DNA of 32,000 nt from contig JAIRQE010000008.1 in the NCBI GenBank assembly GCA_031256725.1, positions 1,010 to 33,009 on the forward strand, in the 5' to 3' direction. The notes under the pieces are model-generated. The model was given only the letters and a program-made list of their open reading frames with translations, was not told the origin of the DNA and ran no database searches. The position numbers and the translations under genes are program-made. How positions within the stretch are numbered: position 1 is the stretch's first letter; each line of letters begins with the position of its first letter. Shown here piece by piece: positions 9,250 to 16,059 of this stretch. Source of the DNA: Propionibacteriaceae bacterium. GTDB taxonomy: Bacteria > Actinomycetota > Actinomycetes > Propionibacteriales > Propionibacteriaceae.

Positions 9250-11003
9250 CTCCGCAAGGCGACCCCCATCAGGATGAATCCTAGGGCTGTCACAATGCCT
9301 GGATTACCCATGGAAAGGGAACCACCTGTTGAAGCACTAGGTTTCGACACCTCCGGTTTTGAGGAATTGGCACCAGACTGCGGTTTTGAGGAATCGGCAC
9401 CAGACTGGTTCCCGGTCGGTGGGTCCAGGGTGGATGAAGGATCAGCCGGAGGATCAGACTCGCAGGATTCCCTCACAGGGAGATCTGTTTCAATCCCCTC
9501 AGCAGTCAGATTTTCAAAGCCAGGCCCGCCCAATCCAAGAACTGCTTGAACAGTGGCACGTACGAATTGGGATGTACTCGATTCGATGCCCTCATCCACA
9601 CCTTGAGAAAAGGTTTCTGGATTATACGCAATAGCGCCGAGGTCTGCTTCGGTGAGTTTTCCTGTACTTGCTTCGATTGATGTACAACTCACCTGAAGGG
9701 TCCCAATGAAGCGGACAGCCCCCTCAAGGACAGCAGTATTTCCATGGAGTGCTTGGGATCCAAGACCCGTACTATTCGCATTGGGCGCACCAAAGGCTGA
9801 GAATCCACCCGAGGATTCCTGCTTGGAGATGAGCCATTGTTCAGCCATAGCATATTCGGGAGAACCCGAGGCACCCGAGGCTTGTAGCGCCTGAAGTACC
9901 ATAGCTGTCATATCAATATCGGCTCCGCCGCAGCCTGAAGACCAGCCAAAGGAACCGTCGGTGGAGCACTGTCGACCAAGGATCCACTGAGTTGCCTGAA
10001 CGGGTACACCACCATCAGTTCTCGCCAAGGCCAACATGGCCAAAGAATGATTGAACGAGGAATCCGATCCAGGATTACCGAAAGACCCGTCAGCATTCAT
10101 AACTGAGCGAATCTCGAAGAGCAGGTTGCGACCATCGAAAGATGTGGGGTCCTCACCAGCCACCATCAAGGCCAAGGCCACTTTGGCGGCCCGCGCCCAG
10201 CGTGTACCAATCTCGGAACTGCTTCCAATGTAGGCCGAGCCTGAAGCCTTGAGCTTGGCGGCAGTCTTCGAAAGTTGGGTACCACCCACCCCAGCTGAGG
10301 CTAGAGCGAAGATAGAATCGGTGGTCAACTCCCAGTCAACCCCTGAAAATCCTGGAATGACATCGTCGTTGTCTGCGAGTATCTGTCCCAACCATGCTAC
10401 TGCTGTTACAGCGTCGGCTGATCCTTTCGCTGTGGCTGGTGCGACCGACTTCACAGTCACACCACGATTCAGCTCGTTAAGCTTCGGGGTTGGTTCACAT
10501 CGTGACGGATCATCAAGCTCCCAGGTTGGATCATAATCGAGCATCATACAATCCCAGGAATCGGCAGCTCTTAGCAGATAGGCTTGATCGACTTTCAGTG
10601 GACCATCGCCGCCACCAATCTGGGCAAAGGTCCACGATGTGTCTGCGGGACCCGCAGCGGTACCTGTTGTTGTTGATGTGAACATCTCCCAGTAGCCATC
10701 CCAGCTACCGTAGATCTTAGATGGGTTCACACCATCAATCTCGGTAACGAATCCGCTTGCATGGGTGACAGTGAACCCTGCTCCAGTTACGGCATCAACG
10801 ATACTTGGCCATGTACCAGGGGCACATCGTACCTCTACGTCAGAGCCATTCGGCGAATAATCAACAATGACAGTCACACCCTGACCGGGCTGACATGCTG
10901 CTCCACGAACAGCATCAGCGTGGGCGATACCTGGTATAGTGAAACAGAAGAGGGAAAAGAAAAGGGCGGTCGTAATGCCGACGGCCCCCAAACGAGTTTT
11001 CAT
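9231..11003 (-). CDS. Secreted, C-terminally anchored protein: N-terminal DUF4430-like module + prenyltransferase/squalene-oxidase-repeat (alpha/alpha toroid) domain
   Basis: Start placed at MKTRLGAVGITTALFFSLFCFTIPGIAHA (signal peptide). GVTVIVDYSPNG...VRCAPG...GFVTEIDGV...YWEMF is DUF4430-like. Repeated xDGSFG/GGFS motifs (NADGSFGN, STDGSFGW, ESSGGFSAF) are typical of prenyltransferase-like repeats. C-terminal TM IVTALGFILMGVALRRW. Confidence 0.65.
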   Translation of the reverse strand: MKTRLGAVGITTALFFSLFCFTIPGIAHADAVRGAACQPGQGVTVIVDYSPNGSDVEVRCAPGTWPSIVDAVTGAGFTVTHASGFVTEIDGVNPSKIYGSWDGYWEMFTSTTTGTAAGPADTSWTFAQIGGGDGPLKVDQAYLLRAADSWDCMMLDYDPTWELDDPSRCEPTPKLNELNRGVTVKSVAPATAKGSADAVTAVAWLGQILADNDDVIPGFSGVDWELTTDSIFALASAGVGGTQLSKTAAKLKASGSAYIGSSSEIGTRWARAAKVALALMVAGEDPTSFDGRNLLFEIRSVMNADGSFGNPGSDSSFNHSLAMLALARTDGGVPVQATQWILGRQCSTDGSFGWSSGCGGADIDMTAMVLQALQASGASGSPEYAMAEQWLISKQESSGGFSAFGAPNANSTGLGSQALHGNTAVLEGAVRFIGTLQVSCTSIEASTGKLTEADLGAIAYNPETFSQGVDEGIESSTSQFVRATVQAVLGLGGPGFENLTAEGIETDLPVRESCESDPPADPSSTLDPPTGNQSGADSSKPQSGANSSKPEVSKPSASTGGSLSMGNPGIVTALGFILMGVALRRWVVLP

Positions 11004-11079
11004 GAAGAATCTCTCTATGAGCGATCCGAAAGGAACGCCAAGAAAACTCAGACGCCCCTCCACAGACCTCGATGGATGG

Positions 11080-11215
11080 AAACGCTCCTCACCACACAGG
11101 CATCGGACTCATCAACAATCGTTGATCTACCGTTGCGGGTCAGTGTCGGGCTTTGACCGACTTCCCCTGAATGGTTCGGTATTCAATTGTGCCGCTCACT
11201 CTAGCACAGTACAAT
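11080..11215 (-). promoter_or_regulatory. Cobalamin (B12) riboswitch leader of the 11003->4448 operon
   Basis: Minus strand reads ...CAUUCAGGGGAAGUCGGUCAAAGCCCGACACUGACCCGCAACGGUAGA...GAGUCCGAUGCCUGUG. This matches the conserved core AGGGAA-xCGGUGxAAxxCCGxxxCUGxCCCGCAACxGUA and a B12-box-like AGUCxGxAxxCCUGxx. It lies directly 5' of the first gene. Confidence 0.75.
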
Positions 11216-11529
11216 CCCACGCAAAACAATCACAGGATGTTGATTCAATTTAAATATCAGTAATAGCAATTGGGGTAGGTCCCGCAAGCTCCTCACTATG
11301 GATCGATTCCCTGTCACACATGGGCATTCGTACCGCAAAGCCAGTTACTACGATACATCGTTTACTCTTTCTATTGCGATGCACCCAATCATTAAATATT
11401 TATAGCATTATTGGAAATTGCTCCTTTCGGCTTCTAGAAAGCACAAAATTCACTAGCCGAAAGATGCATATTGCGAAGAAAAGTAACTAGGCTTGTTAAC
11501 GAACTCTTAGCATGTACATCATCACCATC

Positions 11530-11544
11530 TTCTCACGACAGCAT
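11530..11544. repeat. Left copy of the flanking direct repeat TTCTCACGACAGCAT (probable target-site duplication)
   Basis: An identical 15-mer occurs at 12874-12888. The left copy abuts the IS end; the right copy is separated from the IR by 5 nt (TCACA). Confidence 0.6.
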
Positions 11545-11554
11545 TGTCTTGGTT

Positions 11555-11615
11555 CGGGACATAGGAAACCCCTGTCTCGGGACATAGGAAACTGATGTGT
11601 CGGGACATAGGAAAC
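11555..11615 (+). repeat. Three direct copies of CGGGACATAGGAAAC at the left IS end (11555-11569, 11578-11592, 11601-11615); one inverted copy at the right end (12849-12863)
   Basis: Exact 15-mers read directly in the sequence at 23-bp spacing. Confidence 0.9.
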
Positions 11616-11629
11616 GCGACGATGGGTGA

Positions 11630-12838
11630 ATGTCTATCGCGAAACTAGTCATCACTGCCGTCATTGTTCAAGGACTCACTCAGTCTGAAGCCGCCAGCAA
11701 GTACGGGGTCTCAAAAGGATGGGTGTCCAAACTGATGGCCCGATACAGAGCGGAAGGCGAGACTGCATTCCAGCCGAAGTCCACGCGTCCTCACACCTCA
11801 CCCAACGTTACATCCGACACCACGACCACAACCATCGTCACGATCCGAACCGACCTTGTTAACAGAGGTCTCGACGCTGGACCAGAAACGATCCGTTGGC
11901 ACCTGGAACATCACCACCACATGATCGTGTCCAGAGCGACGATCGCAAGGATCCTCACCCGCGAAGGTCTCGTGGCACCCGAACCCAGGAAACGTCCGAA
12001 AACCTCGTACACTCGTTTCGAAGCCGCTCAACCCAACGAATGCTGGCAATCCGACTTCACCCACTACAGGCTCACCCACCCAGACGGACAACCCGGCCCC
12101 GACACCGAAATCCTCACCTGGCTCGACGACCACTCCCGCTACGCCTTATCCGTCACCGGACACATCCGAGTCACCGCACCAATCGTCTTAGCCACATTCC
12201 GTCACACGATCAGCCTCTACGCTCCACCAGCGTCCACCCTGACCGACAACGGCATGGTCTACACCACCCGATTCTCCGGTGGGAAAGGCGGACGCACCAG
12301 CTTCGAGAAAGAACTCCAGAAACTCCACATCATCCAGAAGAACGGGCACCCCAACCACCCTCAAACCCAGGGCAAAGTCGAACGATTCCAACAAACCCTG
12401 AAGAAATGGTTACGCGCTCAACCGCACCAGCCCGCCACACTGACCGAACTACAATCTCTTCTTATTGCTTTCACTGATGAATACAACAACCGGCGCCCGC
12501 ATAAATCATTGCCCCACCACCAGACTCCCGCGACCCGATACACCACCGGGATGAAAGCCAGTCCAGCCAACAACCCACCACCCGAATCTCACAACCGTGT
12601 CCGCTACGACAAAGTCGACACATCCGGACGAGTCACCCTCCGCCACGCTGGACAACTCCACCACATCGGCATCGGACGAACCCACACCGGAACCCTCGTC
12701 ACCATGCTCATCCAAGACCTTCAGATCACAATTATCAACACCGCCACTGGAGAAATACTGCGCGACCTCATCCTCGACCCCACCAGGGATTACCAACCCC
12801 ACACCCAAAAACAACAAACCAGCGAACCCGCAATCTGA
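11630..12838 (+). CDS. IS481-family DDE transposase (HTH + rve integrase core)
   Basis: N-terminal HTH LTQSEAASKYGVSKGWVSKLMARY. Catalytic-core motifs CWQSDFTH, WLDDHSRY, LTDNGMVYT, HPQTQGKVERFQQTLKKWL. 402 aa with no frameshift. Confidence 0.9.
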   Translation: MSIAKLVITAVIVQGLTQSEAASKYGVSKGWVSKLMARYRAEGETAFQPKSTRPHTSPNVTSDTTTTTIVTIRTDLVNRGLDAGPETIRWHLEHHHHMIVSRATIARILTREGLVAPEPRKRPKTSYTRFEAAQPNECWQSDFTHYRLTHPDGQPGPDTEILTWLDDHSRYALSVTGHIRVTAPIVLATFRHTISLYAPPASTLTDNGMVYTTRFSGGKGGRTSFEKELQKLHIIQKNGHPNHPQTQGKVERFQQTLKKWLRAQPHQPATLTELQSLLIAFTDEYNNRRPHKSLPHHQTPATRYTTGMKASPANNPPPESHNRVRYDKVDTSGRVTLRHAGQLHHIGIGRTHTGTLVTMLIQDLQITIINTATGEILRDLILDPTRDYQPHTQKQQTSEPAI

Positions 12839-12873
12839 GGGTTCACCGGTTTCCTATGTCCCGAGACATCACA

Positions 12874-12888
12874 TTCTCACGACAGCAT
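12874..12888. repeat. Right copy of the flanking direct repeat TTCTCACGACAGCAT
   Basis: Identical to 11530-11544. Confidence 0.6.
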
Positions 12889-12984
12889 CAATCAGACCCT
12901 CAATCCGATCAAGGTACAAAGGGCGAGGAACTAAAACCATGAAGACTCCTCCAATGGTGGCGAGTATAACCGCCAGCCACAAAC

Positions 12985-14070
12985 CTACAATCGACCAGCA
13001 GCGGTCTCAATCCGCTCATCGGTCGCAGTTAAGGCGATGCGGACGTGATGAGCCCCAGCAGTACCATAGAAGTCGCCAGGGGCTACTATGATTCCTCGTT
13101 CGGCCAGCCAGTGGGCAGTGGTACGACCGTACTCACCCTTGGTGGCCCATAGGTAGAGTCCTCCTTCGGAGTGGTCGATGATGAAACCGGCATCCATTAA
13201 AGCCCGCGTGAGGATCTCGCGGCGGGATGAATAGCGTTGCCGTTGCTCATCAACATGGATCTGATCACCCAACAACACTGTCATTGCCGCTTGTACAGGA
13301 GCAGGAACCATCATCCCGAGGTGCTTGCGCAGGCCGACAAGATCCATGACAACCTTCTCGTCACCCACGACGAAACCGGCTCGATACCCAGCAAGGTTGG
13401 ATCTTTTCGATAGGGAGTAGGCCCCGATGAGTCCTTGAACAGTACCACCGTTCACACGGGCATCAAGGACGGATACAGGTTCAGTATCCCACCCAAATTC
13501 TCCGTAACATTCATCAGCAACCAAGAGGGCATCCTTGGCGCGGGCGTACTCAACCCAGGATCGAACTTCCTCAAAACTGTCGATGCGCCCACTGGGGTTG
13601 GCTGGCGAATTGGTCCAGATGAGAGCAGGGTTTTCACCCTCAATCTCAGCCGGAGTCAATGCAGTGACCACCCGTGCTCCCACCATTGCGGCCCCCACTG
13701 CATAGGTGGGATAGGCGACCTCAGGAATCACGACTGTGTCGTCAGGGCCTAGACCCAGCAGGGTCGGAAGCCAGGCAACAAGCTCTTTCGTACCTACCAC
13801 TGGCAGGACAGATCTCTCAGTCATCGAAGCAGCCAACCAGCGAGTGGTCACGTACTCCAGCATGGATTGGCGTAGGGCAGGTGTACCCCACACCGTAGGA
13901 TAACCATGGGAATTGGAGGCTTGGATTAATGCCTGTTGGCCAATCTCAGGAGTGGGATCAACAGGGGTACCCACACTCAAATCGCACACACCCTCGGGAT
14001 GGGATTTCGCTAGGGCAACATCATCAGCGATAGTGTCCCATGGAAAATCAGGCAGTATGCGCCCAGCCAT
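12985..14070 (-). CDS. dapC: Succinyldiaminopimelate aminotransferase-type PLP aminotransferase (class I)
   Basis: N-terminus LPDFPWDTIA...HPEGVCDLSVGTPVDPTP and SLSKRSNLAGYRAGF (PLP-lysine region). Located immediately downstream of fdxA, as in many actinobacteria. Confidence 0.75.
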   Translation of the reverse strand: MAGRILPDFPWDTIADDVALAKSHPEGVCDLSVGTPVDPTPEIGQQALIQASNSHGYPTVWGTPALRQSMLEYVTTRWLAASMTERSVLPVVGTKELVAWLPTLLGLGPDDTVVIPEVAYPTYAVGAAMVGARVVTALTPAEIEGENPALIWTNSPANPSGRIDSFEEVRSWVEYARAKDALLVADECYGEFGWDTEPVSVLDARVNGGTVQGLIGAYSLSKRSNLAGYRAGFVVGDEKVVMDLVGLRKHLGMMVPAPVQAAMTVLLGDQIHVDEQRQRYSSRREILTRALMDAGFIIDHSEGGLYLWATKGEYGRTTAHWLAERGIIVAPGDFYGTAGAHHVRIALTATDERIETAAGRL

Positions 14071-14078
14071 GAAAGAAC

Positions 14079-14396
14079 CTAGTTCTGTGGGGGCAGCGCA
14101 GCAATAGTCGGATGATCCTTGTCGACTGGCCCAAGACGTGAAGCTCCCCCTGGAGTACCCAGATCAGCAAAGAATTCCGCGTTGATTTCTGCATATTCCG
14201 CATACTCTGCGGGAAGATCATCCGCATAGAAGATCGCGTTTGTTGGGCAGACGGGCTCGCAGGCCCCGCAATCGACACACTCATCTGGATTGATGTACAA
14301 GCTACGAACACCCTCATAGATACAGTCGATGGGGCATTCCTCAAGACAGGCTTTGTCTTTCACATCAACGCAGGGTTGGGCGATCACGTAAACCAT
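14079..14396 (-). CDS. fdxA: 7Fe ferredoxin (3Fe-4S + 4Fe-4S)
   Basis: MVYVIAQPCVDVKDKACLEECPIDCIYEG...CVDCGACEPVCP cysteine pattern, 105 aa. Confidence 0.9.
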   Translation of the reverse strand: MVYVIAQPCVDVKDKACLEECPIDCIYEGVRSLYINPDECVDCGACEPVCPTNAIFYADDLPAEYAEYAEINAEFFADLGTPGGASRLGPVDKDHPTIAALPPQN

Positions 14397-14486
14397 AAGT
14401 TTCCTTTCCTGAAACTACGCCAGAATCATACCGGGTACGAGCATCTGGTAGCCACTTGGCCTCACGGGAACCTGTACCCTTAATCT

Positions 14487-15668
14487 ATGCAGTTAAGTCG
14501 CAAGCTAGAGCAGCAGATTGCCGTATTTGGTGAAAGTGGTTCGGGAAAGACCGTTCTGATCTCCTCGTTTTATGGTGCCACTCAAGAACCGTATTTCCTT
14601 CAGAAAAGCTTGTTTGATGTTATCGCTGATGATTTCGGACAGCGTGCTCATCTTCACCAGAATTACCTGGGGATGAAGAACTCAGCAAAGCTGCCCATGG
14701 CTACACGTTTTCGTGGCTCCTCTTATTCCTTCACAGTGAAACTGAAAGAGTTGCCGGGTGGGAAGTCGAGCAAGAAGCCACCGAAACAGTTATTTGATGC
14801 CCTTCGACTGGTGTGGCATGACTATCCGGGGGAATGGTTCGAACAAAACCTCGTGGATCCCGAAGAAGCCCAGCACAGGGTGAATACTTTCAGATCTTTG
14901 GTGGGATCTGATGTTGCCTTGCTGCTTGTGGACGGACAAAAGTTGCTGGATAACGCCGGCGAGGAGGAAAGGTACCTCAAGTCGCTGTTCACCAACTTCC
15001 GTAATGGCCTGCTCAGCCTCAAAGATGATCTTCTTGAAGGGGGCAAACCCCTTGTTGACTTCCCGCGTATTTGGGTACTTGCCCTATCCAAATCGGATCT
15101 ACTCCCTGATGTCGATGTGTTTCGTTTCAAGGAGCTTCTCATTGAGAAGGTTGCAGGCGAGATCGTAGAACTGCGCAATGTTCTTGCTGGATTTGTTGAC
15201 TCCAGCGATGCACTCTCAGTGGCTGAAGACTATATCTTGTTGTCATCAGCAAAGTTCAATCCAGACAAGATCGAAGTCAGTGAACGTGTGGGAGTGGCAG
15301 CAATTCTTCCTTTAGCCTCCATCCTTCCTTTTGAACGCCATCTTCGTTGGGTACAAACAAAGAAAGCGGTCGGAAAGGTCGCCGAGAGTCTTCTGAGCGT
15401 GGCTGGTATCTTCGCCACAGCAATGATCGGAGGCAAACTGAAGAGCTCCACAAAGGAGAAGAAAACAGGAAAGCTCTCAGGCCTTGTTAAACTGGCTGGA
15501 ATCGTGGATGTCGCGGTTGAAGCAGTGAAGCTTGCTGGGGAGAAACTTCGTATTCTCAATGAACAGGCCATCAGCCAGGGCGACACTCTTTCTGCTGTAC
15601 TCACCCAGTTCCAACTGGATTTGGAAAAGTGTGAAGAGGACCGAGTCCTTCATAGGAGCATAGGGTGA
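14487..15668 (+). CDS. Ras-like/TRAFAC-class P-loop GTPase with a hydrophobic/amphipathic C-terminal extension; family not recognised (gene A of the candidate module)
   Basis: Ordered G motifs: G1 GESGSGKT (aa 15-22), G3 LRLVWH-DYPG (aa 112-115), G4 SKSD (aa 201-204), G5 SAK (aa 254-256). The C-terminal 125 aa contain VGVAAILPLASILPF and LLSVAGIFATAMIGG. No SD upstream; a TANNNT hexamer lies 6 nt before the ATG. Confidence 0.7.
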   Translation: MQLSRKLEQQIAVFGESGSGKTVLISSFYGATQEPYFLQKSLFDVIADDFGQRAHLHQNYLGMKNSAKLPMATRFRGSSYSFTVKLKELPGGKSSKKPPKQLFDALRLVWHDYPGEWFEQNLVDPEEAQHRVNTFRSLVGSDVALLLVDGQKLLDNAGEEERYLKSLFTNFRNGLLSLKDDLLEGGKPLVDFPRIWVLALSKSDLLPDVDVFRFKELLIEKVAGEIVELRNVLAGFVDSSDALSVAEDYILLSSAKFNPDKIEVSERVGVAAILPLASILPFERHLRWVQTKKAVGKVAESLLSVAGIFATAMIGGKLKSSTKEKKTGKLSGLVKLAGIVDVAVEAVKLAGEKLRILNEQAISQGDTLSAVLTQFQLDLEKCEEDRVLHRSIG

Positions 15669-16015
15669 AACTCATATGGGCCACCCGGGGAAGAACCTGG
15701 GGATTTCGGTTCCTGAAAAAGGCAGGATTCGCTGATCCTCTGCCTGAGTACGAGAAAGCCTTCTGTCACATTGAGGAGGAACCGGAGATCTGGCGTCGAC
15801 TCGGCAGGGTTGTCGCTGTTCGTTTTTCTGACCCTGAGGCCCGGCAAGATCAGTCGGGCAGAGTCATCCCCCATGAGTTTGTTCTCTATGGCGTTCTGGG
15901 AACACAAGTGAACTCAGTCAGTGACGCATTAACACTGGTATGGCCCTTGGTAAGCGACGAATTTGATCGGATCTGGGATCAACAAGATCCCCTCTCAAAC
16001 CGTGAATCAGACTAG
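15665..16015 (+). CDS. 116-aa soluble protein of unknown family, translationally coupled to the GTPase (gene B of the candidate module)
   Basis: The GTG start overlaps the gene A stop (GTGA). AGGAG at 15654-15658 lies 6 nt upstream. No TM segment or recognisable catalytic motif. Confidence 0.6.
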   Translation: MKLIWATRGRTWGFRFLKKAGFADPLPEYEKAFCHIEEEPEIWRRLGRVVAVRFSDPEARQDQSGRVIPHEFVLYGVLGTQVNSVSDALTLVWPLVSDEFDRIWDQQDPLSNRESD

Positions 16016-16059
16016 ATGACTTCGTCATCTGATGTGAAAATCACGTATCCTTGAATCTA

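Larger units (their letters stand above)
11545..12868 (+). mobile_element. IS481-family insertion sequence (~1.32 kb), apparently intact
   Basis: Ends begin TGT: left TGTCTTGGTTCGGGACATAGGAAAC, right (reverse complement) TGTCTCGGGACATAGGAAAC. Single uninterrupted DDE transposase ORF. Flanked by a 15-bp direct repeat. Confidence 0.85.

Noticed and set aside
11896-12477. 193-aa alternative-frame ORF and antisense ORFs (11798-12133, 12188-12394, 12506-12817) within the IS
   Set aside because: The transposase frame (11630-12838) carries the HTH and DDE motifs. The alternative frames are Arg/Pro/His-rich low-complexity translations.
15665-15700. Gene B N-terminus MKLIW, identical to the first five residues of E. 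coli YoeB, considered as evidence that B is a YoeB-family toxin
   Set aside because: The diagnostic YoeB motifs (DDYxYWQ, PFxGxGKPEPL, C-terminal RYHY) are absent and B is about 30 aa longer. The resemblance is kept only as a weak hypothesis inside the gene B finding, not as an annotation.
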